The notes below the pieces were generated by a model that did no database searches, was not told where the DNA came from, and was given only the letters and a program-made list of their open reading frames with translations. A DNA stretch of 59,805 nucleotides, the filler included. It is 4 parts of 4 records of this genome, joined end to end, with 100 filler letters (N's around TTAATTAATTAA, not from the genome) between each part and the next. Parts side by side here need not be neighbours in the genome. Positions count along the whole stretch, not along the records: positions 33,390 to 54,375 come from SRR31156797_15433; positions 54,476 to 59,805 come from SRR31156797_15435; 2 more parts are not named here. One strand, given 5' to 3'. Shown in pieces: positions 51,567 to 59,805 of this stretch. Within the stretch, counting starts at the first letter, position 1. Every line of letters starts with the position of its first letter. Position numbers and translations under genes: made by a program.

Positions 51567-52838
51567 CTAACCGAGCATTTTCTTCACATACTCCGGCATG
51601 GCGAATGCGGCCATATGCGTAGCGTAGTTATAGTATTTAGTTTTATATTGACTTACAAACAGTTTCACTTTTTTAGGATCAACTTTCCTTGGATCAGCGC
51701 CACTTTTCAGAATTACCTGAAATGACCATATTCCTGATGGGAAAGTCGGTACATTAAAAAGCATATTAAACTTTCGGTATCCATCAAACACCCATTTCAA
51801 GTTAGTATCAATCTTTTGAAATGCTTTTTCATTGAACTTGGGTGACTCTCCCTGTACTATTAACGCACCAGTTTCGCTTAAAAGTGTGTTGCATTGTTTA
51901 AAGAATTCAACAGAATACAAAGGGGAAAGCTCACCAGATGAGTGTGGTCCGTCAATAATAATTAAATCGTATGTGTTTTCATTGGGCTTTTTCACAAACT
52001 CTAAAGCATCTCCTATTATTAAATTCAATCTTTCATCTTGATAGGCTTTTGAAAGAAAAGGCAAATAGGTTTTGGAAGCTTCCACAACTGTTTCATCTAT
52101 CTCAATCAGGTCAACGCTTTTGACTGACTCATGCTTTAAAATTTCGCGGGCAGAACCGCCATCTCCCCCACCCAAAATAAGCACCTTCTCCACTCTTCCA
52201 TTTGACAAAATCACGGGATGGGCAATCATTTCATGGTAATGGTATTCATCTTTTTCGGTGCATATCAATCTATTACCGCTAGTGAGCGCTTTACCATAGG
52301 CATAAGTATCAATTATTCTTATCCGATTATATTCAGATTGCTTGTCAAATAATACATCACCCGTATATCGCAAAGAGAGTGCTTGTGCGTTATCACGATC
52401 GGTAAACCAAATATTTTTTTTGAATTTTGGCATCACTTTTTTCTCAGCTTCCACCCTGGCGTCTTTTAGTTTCAGGGCCGGATCAAGTAAACTTATGGTT
52501 CCTCGACGCATCTCGAGGGCTGAATAGTTTTTTGCCCCAAAAGCTTCTTGCAAAAATTCAAAAGCTACCCATGGCTCCACCATATCACCACAAGTGAAAA
52601 GGTCTAGAGCGGCATAACGATACTCTGGCCATGTATGTATGGCCAGATGACTTTCCTGAATAACCACTACTCCTGATACTCCTAACGGTGAAAAATGGTG
52701 GAAAGTAGAATTAATGATTGTGGCCCCTGATTTCTCAGCTGCTTCAATCATATCTTCTTCAATAACCTGAACATCATCCATAATGTCAGGGTTACAGCCA
52801 GTAAACTCAACTAATATATGTCTTCCAAGCGATTCCAT
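51567..52838 (-). CDS. speD: S-adenosylmethionine decarboxylase (SpeD) fused to an aminopropyltransferase (SpeE-like)
   Basis: GRHILVE...[20 protein letters not shown] pyruvoyl site; then [23 protein letters not shown]. Confidence 0.92.
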   Translation of the reverse strand: MESLGRHILVEFTGCNPDIMDDVQVIEEDMIEAAEKSGATIINSTFHHFSPLGVSGVVVIQESHLAIHTWPEYRYAALDLFTCGDMVEPWVAFEFLQEAFGAKNYSALEMRRGTISLLDPALKLKDARVEAEKKVMPKFKKNIWFTDRDNAQALSLRYTGDVLFDKQSEYNRIRIIDTYAYGKALTSGNRLICTEKDEYHYHEMIAHPVILSNGRVEKVLILGGGDGGSAREILKHESVKSVDLIEIDETVVEASKTYLPFLSKAYQDERLNLIIGDALEFVKKPNENTYDLIIIDGPHSSGELSPLYSVEFFKQCNTLLSETGALIVQGESPKFNEKAFQKIDTNLKWVFDGYRKFNMLFNVPTFPSGIWSFQVILKSGADPRKVDPKKVKLFVSQYKTKYYNYATHMAAFAMPEYVKKMLG

Positions 52839-53013
52839 AGGATATCAAAAGTAACCTTAAATCTGTAAATATTTTAAAATTATTTATAAAATATTGTAAT
52901 TAAATATTGACTTAAACTATAAAATTCAATTTTCAAGTTATTGGTGTAAATAAAAATTCGTTTTTATGATCCCAATTGTGTAATTTCGTAGTCAAATCAA
53001 AAGATAAAAACCA

Positions 53014-53382
53014 GTGTATAAAATTCTTATCGTTGATGACAATCATCACTTCACAAAAGCGCTATCTTATTTATTGAAAGATATTTATAAGGATAAGATA
53101 CAACAGATTCGTTCAGCAACCAATGGCGAAGAAGCTGTAGAAATTACCAGTAAAGAAAATTTCGATATCATATTTATGGATGCTGATATGCCAGTGATGG
53201 ACGGAATTGAAGCTACCAAGAAAATAGTGGATAAAAACCGTTTCGTGGTTATTATCGCAGTTTCATTTCATCAGGAAATGGAATACATACAAGAGATGTT
53301 AGAAGCCGGCGCCCGCACGTACATTATTAAAGAAGATATGGATGCCCGCTCACTCGAAAATTGTTTCAGATTAATCAATTAA
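53014..53382 (+). CDS. single-domain response regulator
   Basis: ILIVDD, FMDADMPVMDG, GA..YIIK. Confidence 0.9.
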   Translation: MYKILIVDDNHHFTKALSYLLKDIYKDKIQQIRSATNGEEAVEITSKENFDIIFMDADMPVMDGIEATKKIVDKNRFVVIIAVSFHQEMEYIQEMLEAGARTYIIKEDMDARSLENCFRLIN

Positions 53383-53388
53383 ATACAA

Positions 53389-54201
53389 ATGATCAATACA
53401 ATCAATAATATAAGGTTTACGGATAGTAAACAGTTTTTTCTGTTGGCAGGACCTTGCGTAGTTGAAAGTGAGAAAATCATTATGCAAACTGCTGAAAAGC
53501 TCAAAGAAATAACAGAGAAGCTTGAAATTCCACTTGTATTCAAATCGTCATATAGAAAAGCTAATCGGTCCAGAATCGACAGTTTTATGGGGATCGGCGA
53601 CCAGGAAGCATTAAAGATACTTGAAAAAGCAAAAAACGAATTAGAATTACCTATAGTAACCGACATCCACTTACCCGAAGAGGCAGCTATGGCAGCTGAG
53701 GTTGCTGATATTCTTCAAATTCCGGCCTTCTTATGCCGCCAAACGGATATTCTTGTAGCCGCAGCAGAAACAGGCAGGGTAATTAATATCAAAAAAGGAC
53801 AATTTCTATCACCCGAATCCATGCAATTTGCTGCTAAGAAAGTGATTGACTCTGGCAACTCAAGAGTTATGCTAACAGATAGAGGAACAATGTTCGGTTA
53901 TAGTGACCTTGTTGTTGATATGCGCAGCATTCCAAAAATGCAAAAACTTGGATTTCCGGTAGTAGTTGATGTAACACATTCATTGCAACAGCCCAATCAA
54001 ACTTCTGGTGTTACCGGAGGTGAACCCGAAATGATTAGTACCATTGCGAGCGCAGCTATTGCGGCAGGAACTGATGGCATTTTTATGGAAACACACCCTA
54101 ATCCTGGCAAAGCATTGAGCGATGGTGCCAATATGTTGCAACTTGACCATGCAGAGAAATTATTAATCAAATTAGCTAAAATCAGAACAGCAATCCTATA
54201 A
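53389..54201 (+). CDS. kdsA: 3-deoxy-8-phosphooctulonate synthase
   Basis: AGPCVVES, KANRS, QIPAFLCRQTD, KKGQFL, DVTHSLQ. Confidence 0.97.
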   Translation: MINTINNIRFTDSKQFFLLAGPCVVESEKIIMQTAEKLKEITEKLEIPLVFKSSYRKANRSRIDSFMGIGDQEALKILEKAKNELELPIVTDIHLPEEAAMAAEVADILQIPAFLCRQTDILVAAAETGRVINIKKGQFLSPESMQFAAKKVIDSGNSRVMLTDRGTMFGYSDLVVDMRSIPKMQKLGFPVVVDVTHSLQQPNQTSGVTGGEPEMISTIASAAIAAGTDGIFMETHPNPGKALSDGANMLQLDHAEKLLIKLAKIRTAIL

Positions 54202-54345
54202 GTTGTAAAAATATTTTTACACATACTTTTCTTTAAATCAATTAAATATGATTTAAAAGACGAAAAAGTTTAAAAAAAAGTTTAAAATAGTTTTGCATAA
54301 AAACATAAAAGGTCTACTTTTGCAACCGCCTTTGAGAAAGGAAAT

Positions 54346-54375
54346 GACTCAATAGCTCAGCTGGTAGAGCACATC
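54346..54375 (+). tRNA. 5' half of a tRNA (probably Lys; anticodon lost at contig end)
   Basis: GACTCAA-TAGCTCAGCTGGTAGAGC-ACATC acceptor and D arm; TACTTTTG Bacteroidota promoter at 54315-54322. Confidence 0.8.
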
Positions 54376-54475
54376 NNNNNNNNNNNNNNNNNNNNNNNNN
54401 NNNNNNNNNNNNNNNNNNNTTAATTAATTAANNNNNNNNNNNNNNNNNNNNNNNNNNNNNNNNNNNNNNNNNNNN
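54376..54475. other. artificial contig spacer
   Basis: N44-TTAATTAATTAA-N44. Confidence 0.99.
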
Positions 54476-54665
54476 AAAACTTGACCTGAGGGTCAAGTTG
54501 CCCTTGGTTTTCGACAAAATAGAGCGGTAGTTTACCGTAGGCCTCCAGGATGCTCTCTTTTTTGTCCTCTCCAGGCACTGTAGCTCCTGAAACAGCGATA
54601 AATAATGTGGAAACCAGAAATAAAGAAATTGCTGTAAAAACACTTAATCGAAGCTTTCTTTCCAT
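54476..54665 (-). CDS. N-terminus of a secreted SBBP-repeat-type surface protein, partial
   Basis: Signal peptide then AYGKLPLYFVENQGQLDPQVKF; AGGAG RBS. Confidence 0.7.
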
Positions 54666-54844
54666 GATGTCTCCTTACCTCATAAAGAGTTTAAAAGTGC
54701 ATCCTTTCTCCCAATGCTGCCGCTTCTTGATATTAAATGTTGATAGGGTGAAACCCGAAATTCTCCTCAGTTTAACCACACCGTAAGACACTAAATTCCC
54801 ATAGATGAAAAGCAGGCAAATGTCAATCAAAATCAATAATATCC

Positions 54845-55422
54845 CAGGGGTATCGCATGAAATAGTGCTGGACAAAATGCTTTCGAGGGGAGATAATAGG
54901 TTGGCTTACTGTATGCACATTTGAAAGGAGCCACCAATGCCTGAAAAGCCACCGACAATTGTTGAACATTTCTCCACCTTGCCTGACCCCCGCATTCGTT
55001 TGAAAACGAAGCATAAACTGATTGATATTATAGTAATAACCGTGTGCGCAACGATTTGTGGTGCTGATGATTGGACCGAGATCGAAACTTATGGAAACCT
55101 TAAACAAGAATGGTTGGAGGAATTTCTTGAACTGCCCAACGGCATACCCAGCCATGACACCTTTGGGCGTGTTTTTTCGCTGGTTTCACCTGATGAGTTC
55201 CAGAGGTGTTTCTTGAGTTGGGTTAACGCTGTATTCACGGTGACGGATGGACAAGTTGTTGCGATCGATGGGAAAACCCTTCGGCATTCTTATGATCGTT
55301 CAAACAACAAATCAGCTATTCACATGGTAAGTGCTTGGGCTTCCGAGAATGGGATTACGCTGGGTCAAGTTAAAACTGAGGAAAAATCCAATGGAATAAC
55401 AGCCATCCCTGAGTTGCTTAGC
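54845..55422 (+). mobile_element. ISAs1-family element, 3'-truncated (transposase pseudogene from 54937)
   Basis: Left end CAGGGGTATCGCAT; DPR...H.L.DI, IPSHDTFGRVF, AIDGKTLR; breaks after ITAIPELL. Confidence 0.9.
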
Positions 55423-55484
55423 TGCATCGGGTAGGATAAATCGGACAGAATTTGAAATAAATTCCCCCACACTTTCCGCCATAA

Positions 55485-56666
55485 ATGATGGAGGACGGTG
55501 CAATGGGAAAACGAATCAATTGGAATAAAGTCCGTGAACTTGATGAGATGATAAAGGGTCAAGGATTAAGTCTTGCTGAAGGATCAAGGAAGTTTGAAAT
55601 TCCGCTCTGGCAACTTTATCATCTGAGCCGAGGCAAGAAAAAGGTTGATTTCTCAGAAGGTATCCAAAAATCAAATGAAGGTCTGAGGCCTGAAGAACTA
55701 GAGGTTCCGGAGACAGAAAAGCAGGTCAAATCCGAAGAAAGCAGTCTGAATGCTGACCGCTTCAGCGATTCTCCCCTTCCGGAAGAGGTACAGCAATTGA
55801 TCCTGGAGTATCGGCGACAAAATCCGGAAGCGGGTTTCAAACGGATTGAAGACCGGCTCAAAAGTGAACATCTGGTGCTTGTAAGCCGCAAACAAATCCG
55901 TCATGTGCTTAAAATTCATGGTATTCTTGAAAATCATGATTCCAGCTTTGATGCTTCGGAAAAACCCGCCAAAGGAAGCCGACGATTTGAGGCTGCCTAT
56001 CCCGGCGAGCTGTATCAGATGGATGTGACCTATGTGTATCTGACAGGGATTCCAGTTTTGTACCTGGTTGTGATTGTGGATGACTTCAGCCGGTTTTGTG
56101 TGGGTGCCGAGTTATGCCACGACCAGAAAGGTGAAACCCTCATCGGAGTTTTACACAACGCCTGTATTCGCCACGGGCAGCCGGCCAAACTCCTGACGGA
56201 TCAGGGGAGCGGTTTTTACAGCTGGAGTGCGCGTCAGACCTTGTTTCAGCAGTACCTGGACGACCATAAAATCGAGCACATCGTTTGTGAACCCCACAGC
56301 CCTCAGACTCAGGGAAAGGTGGAACGTCTGAATCAGACCATCAAACGGGAATGCCTGTCACGGGTACGATTCAATAGCTACGGTGAAGCGGTCACAGGAA
56401 TTGCCGACTACATTCGGGGCTACAATTTCGGACGGCCCCACCAGGGGATCAACGGTTTTCGACCGGCAGACCGGTTTTATGGGGTGATCGGTGAAAAAAG
56501 CCGGATCGAATCTGAGCTTATGGGTAAGGAGGTAGATTTTTCCAAAGGTTACTGCATATTGAAGGTTCAAGACCATTCCGTTAGTGTGGTAAACTCGGCA
56601 GAAGGGATTGCGGTTCTTATGGATGGCAAATTACTTCAGGAGGTTGCCGATGAGCGTTTGCATTGA
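55485..56666 (+). CDS. IS481/rve-type DDE transposase
   Basis: HTH region; YQMDVT, LTDQGSGF, GKVERLNQTIKRE catalytic triad; YNFGRPHQGI. Confidence 0.9.
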   Translation: MMEDGAMGKRINWNKVRELDEMIKGQGLSLAEGSRKFEIPLWQLYHLSRGKKKVDFSEGIQKSNEGLRPEELEVPETEKQVKSEESSLNADRFSDSPLPEEVQQLILEYRRQNPEAGFKRIEDRLKSEHLVLVSRKQIRHVLKIHGILENHDSSFDASEKPAKGSRRFEAAYPGELYQMDVTYVYLTGIPVLYLVVIVDDFSRFCVGAELCHDQKGETLIGVLHNACIRHGQPAKLLTDQGSGFYSWSARQTLFQQYLDDHKIEHIVCEPHSPQTQGKVERLNQTIKRECLSRVRFNSYGEAVTGIADYIRGYNFGRPHQGINGFRPADRFYGVIGEKSRIESELMGKEVDFSKGYCILKVQDHSVSVVNSAEGIAVLMDGKLLQEVADERLH

Positions 56667-56880
56667 AACATACAAACAGGTCAATCTGGTTGAGTTTCTG
56701 ACTGATTATTACGGACTGAAATTCAAAAAAAGTGGATCGGGCTATGTGGCCGGCAGTCCATTCGGTGCTGACAAAAAGCCGAGCTTCTTTGTTCGACAAC
56801 TGGGAAATCGTTGGCTTTTCAAGGATTTTTCGAGCGGGCTTGATCCAGATGAACTCCCCCGACTTAAACGACAGCGGTGA
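56650..56880 (+). pseudogene. DnaG-type CHC2 zinc-binding domain fragment, translationally coupled to the transposase
   Basis: GGAGG RBS; 17-nt overlap; KKSGSGYVAGSPFGADKKPSF...FKDFSSG, then loss of similarity. Confidence 0.65.
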
Positions 56881-56957
56881 AATAAAGCATGTTGATTGGA
56901 TTACAAAGGAAAGTATTCTGATAACGGTTCGGGTCATAAACAACAGCGAGGGAAAAA

Positions 56958-57128
56958 ATGGAATATGAAATCAAGAAAATAGACATGGGGGACGAATTCA
57001 AAGTCTGTCCCAGCTGCGGATACGAGGATGGGTTTCACTCCATGTTCAAGAAAAAAGACGGGATCACAAAATGGCTGTTTATCTGCCCTTCCTGCCATGA
57101 TGTTTTCGATATCGGTTTTACCGTCTGA
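56958..57128 (+). CDS. 56-aa zinc-ribbon protein (below the ORF track cutoff)
   Basis: MEYEIKKIDMGDEFKVCPSCGYEDGFHSMFKKKDGITKWLFICPSCHDVFDIGFTV*; GAGGG RBS. Confidence 0.8.
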   Translation: MEYEIKKIDMGDEFKVCPSCGYEDGFHSMFKKKDGITKWLFICPSCHDVFDIGFTV

Positions 57129-57161
57129 CGGAATTGATGTCTTTGGAATTTACCTGTTCTT

Positions 57162-57995
57162 TTACGGCTTGTAATACATCAGCTGTTTTGCATAGGGAGC
57201 TGTCTGTTCAATAAACCCCTGAATCTCATCATCCGCCATTGGTTCGAATGTTTCGGCAAAACGGACATTTTCCTCAAGCTGTGCGGTATTGTCACAGCCG
57301 ATAACAACGGTGCTGACTGGATGTGATAATGCGAACCGGAAATAGGGTTCCATCCCGGAAAAACCGGGAATTTTAGAAGCGAACCCTCTGAAATAGACTT
57401 TCATTCCGATAACCCCCATTCCTTTTTCAAGTGCCAGCGGCAGTACGATATCGATAAAACTGCGATCTGTCGGTTCGGCTGGATTGACAGGTATTAAGAC
57501 CGTATCGAAATCGTACAATTCAATACAGCGCTTTAAAATATATGGGTCATGGTGCCCGGTTACGCCTACAAATCTGGTAAAGCCATTCTGCTTCGCTACG
57601 TCAAAGGCTTCGATGGCGCCACCGAAACCAAATATCTGATCCACGTCCTCTTGGGTCCTCACATCATGAACCTGCCACAAATCAAGATGGTCCGTGAGCA
57701 TATTGGCCAGTGTTTCATTCAGATGTGCTGATGCCCCAGCCTTATCCCTTGCATGGGATTTGCTTGTCAGGAAAATATCATCCCTTCGTGCTTTAAGTGA
57801 CAGACCGTAATAGGATTCACTTCCGGAATAGGCCCTTGCTGATTCAAAATATCCTATTCCAAGATCGATAGCTCGATTGATAAGGTCATAGGCTTCTTTT
57901 TCACGTCCGTATGTTCTGAGGACCCCTTCCCCACCAAGGCCCATTATGGTTACCAGCTCTCCAGTTTTTCCAAGTTTTCTCAATGGTATTGGCAT
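57162..57995 (-). CDS. aldo/keto reductase
   Basis: R.LGKTG, A.AY..SE, TSK, DLWQVH, GVTGH. Confidence 0.92.
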   Translation of the reverse strand: MPIPLRKLGKTGELVTIMGLGGEGVLRTYGREKEAYDLINRAIDLGIGYFESARAYSGSESYYGLSLKARRDDIFLTSKSHARDKAGASAHLNETLANMLTDHLDLWQVHDVRTQEDVDQIFGFGGAIEAFDVAKQNGFTRFVGVTGHHDPYILKRCIELYDFDTVLIPVNPAEPTDRSFIDIVLPLALEKGMGVIGMKVYFRGFASKIPGFSGMEPYFRFALSHPVSTVVIGCDNTAQLEENVRFAETFEPMADDEIQGFIEQTAPYAKQLMYYKP

Positions 57996-58350
57996 ATTTG
58001 GCTCCTTCCGGAAGAATTCAAAGGATATGTCATCTTACATCTTGAATCCGAAATTCTGAATATCAAAACAAACATCAGAAGAAAAATAAACGCACATTTT
58101 CAGCGCAATCATTCCCTGAAAATCTTACAAGAATGATCAATTCGGACAATGACGGACAAAGATGACGAAAATTTCGCCGTTCATTTAAGCCCTGATCCCT
58201 TCCTCAGCAAAAGCACCGCATCTTCGCCGTTAATCAATTTATTCGAAATTCCAACATCATACATCACAAACAAAACATCTGACAGAACGACATATGAAAA
58301 ATTACTATTGGGTATTTTAACGGCGGTGGTCTTATTTCCTTCCATTTTGG

Positions 58351-59155
58351 GATCTCATTGGTATCGACGGTTCTTTAATTGATGCTTGCCTCTCAATGCA
58401 CTGGGCTGATTACAGAAATAGTTCAAAAAAGGCCAAAGTTCATCTTGGCTTTGATTTAAACCGCAGCATTCCCCGAAAAATATTTCTCTCTGATGGTAAA
58501 GCAGGCGAACGCCCCTTTGTCAGTATGATTCTTTCTCCGGGTCAAACGGGGGCCATGGATCGCGGTTATCAAGCCCACAATCGCTTTGACCAGTGGCAAA
58601 AAGATAAAAAACACTTCGTATGTCGAATCAAAGCCAAAACGAAGAAAAAGCGCATAAAAGAAAACGGTATTAATCCTGACAGTAAGGTTTTCTATGACGC
58701 TATTGTTCTTCTGGGTACCTCCGGAATTAATCAGACCAAAGAGCCTCTCCGAGTTGTTGGCTTCAGAGTTGATGGCGTCAAATACTGGGTTGCCACCGAC
58801 CGCTATGATTTAACAGCAGAACAAATTGCTCTTATCTACAAGCTCAGATGGGACATTGAGAAATTCTTTTCATGGTGGAAACGCCATCTTCGCGTCTATC
58901 ATCTAATTGCCAGAAGCGAGTATGGACTCATGGTACAGATACTTTCCGGGCTGATTACCTACCTCCTGCTTGCCATCTATTGTCATGAGCAACACAATGA
59001 GAAGGTCAGCATAAAACGGGTCAGGGAACTTCGCATCAAAATACAGAATGAGGCCCGTATGGCCAACAATCGCGAGGCTGCTCTAAATTTTAGTACAAGT
59101 TCTGAAAATATCAAGATTCCAAAATGTTATGCAAATACCTAACCGGAAATTACTG
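58351..59155 (+). mobile_element. IS4-family element, 5'-truncated, right end retained
   Basis: In-frame DLIGIDGSLI-..-MHWA, AMDRGY, YKLRWDIEKFF (YREK); right end CTAACCGGAAATTACTG at 59139-59155. Confidence 0.85.
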
Positions 59156-59162
59156 GTCTGAA

Positions 59163-59591
59163 CTAGGGAAACTCTCTGTGGCTGCTTCCCACGCCGACCA
59201 GGGAATCCTCATTATTATAAGCAGAAACGGTAAACTCATAGGTGCCGGTTCCGGTCGGGGCTTGAGAAGGGCAAGGCCCTTGATAGTTATTCAAGCTTCC
59301 ATAGGGGATTTTGCCTGTTCCGTCGTTTGAAACCTTCCCGCCACCGTGATCGTAGTCATTGTTTTGAATATCGATGACTTTCACCTTGAAATAGGCAGTG
59401 TTTTTTGGGAAATCAGAAACCCTGATTTCCGGATTTTTCGGATCAAAACATTTGCCGTAATCTTTTGGCCAGGTGAAGCTCACCACCATTTTTTGTGCCT
59501 TTGAAAGCTCAGAGGACCTATTGTTGCCGTCATCAGCACATCCTGCAAAAGTGAGGGAAAAAAATAGGCAGGAACAAATCGTCTTAATCAT
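59163..59591 (-). CDS. YbhB/YbcL (PEBP)-like lipoprotein
   Basis: Lipobox FAGC; P.I.VS..P..T, DHGGG, YQGPCP..G...YEFTV.A. Confidence 0.8.
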   Translation of the reverse strand: MIKTICSCLFFSLTFAGCADDGNNRSSELSKAQKMVVSFTWPKDYGKCFDPKNPEIRVSDFPKNTAYFKVKVIDIQNNDYDHGGGKVSNDGTGKIPYGSLNNYQGPCPSQAPTGTGTYEFTVSAYNNEDSLVGVGSSHREFP

Positions 59592-59805
59592 GTTTTCCTC
59601 CTTCAAAATAGCTCTAAAAGGTGATTATGATATATCGAAAATCACAAATGTTAAGATTCATCAATCACGCGCTTTCACTGACTCTTTTCTGTTGAAAATT
59701 TCGAAATTGTCCCGGCGTGCTTCCCGTCCAGCGTTTGAAGGCCCGATGAAAAGCACTAGGTTCGGAGAAGCCCAATAAATATGAAATCTCGGCAAGGGAT
59801 ATCTG

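Noticed and set aside
56850-56875. TGAACTCCCCCGACTTAAACGACA as a possible IS end
   Set aside because: It lies near a junction, but no partner repeat or transposase is visible, so no family can be assigned.
1-59805. CRISPR array, retron or reverse transcriptase system
   Set aside because: No regularly spaced 25-45 bp repeats and no cas or RT (YxDD) genes seen.

Overview
This window is not one genome. It is four unrelated contigs joined by artificial 100-nt spacers (N44-TTAATTAATTAA-N44) at 22648-22747, 33290-33389 and 54376-54475. Contig 1 (1-22647) looks Desulfovibrionaceae-like. It carries pepP/M24, TetR, comM/yifB, a membrane-fused B12 radical SAM protein, hemerythrin, a cobD-cobQ fusion, a TPR/radical SAM/glycosyltransferase cluster, a hybrid kinase, lepA-lepB and nfnA. 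Contigs 2 (22748-33289) and 3 (33390-54375) look Bacteroidota-like. They carry cysS, metG, cusA, M81, cutC, GH20, ftcD-hutI, Omp85, a speD-speE fusion, kdsA and a partial tRNA. Contig 4 (54476-59805) is an IS-rich, probably deltaproteobacterial fragment. The best leads are: (1) a methyltransferase ending CPGGT-UGA-UAG followed by a SECIS-like hairpin (candidate selenoprotein); (2) an unannotated structured RNA of about 130 nt with CsrA-type CANGGANG loops; (3) a B12 radical SAM/membrane/extracytoplasmic fusion; (4) a SpeD-SpeE fusion with a remodelled amine pocket; (5) an IS481-like transposase coupled to a primase zinc-binding-domain gene; (6) a duplicated cysS 3' end; (7) MITE-like elements. 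Taxonomic and family calls come from sequence recognition only; no searches were run.
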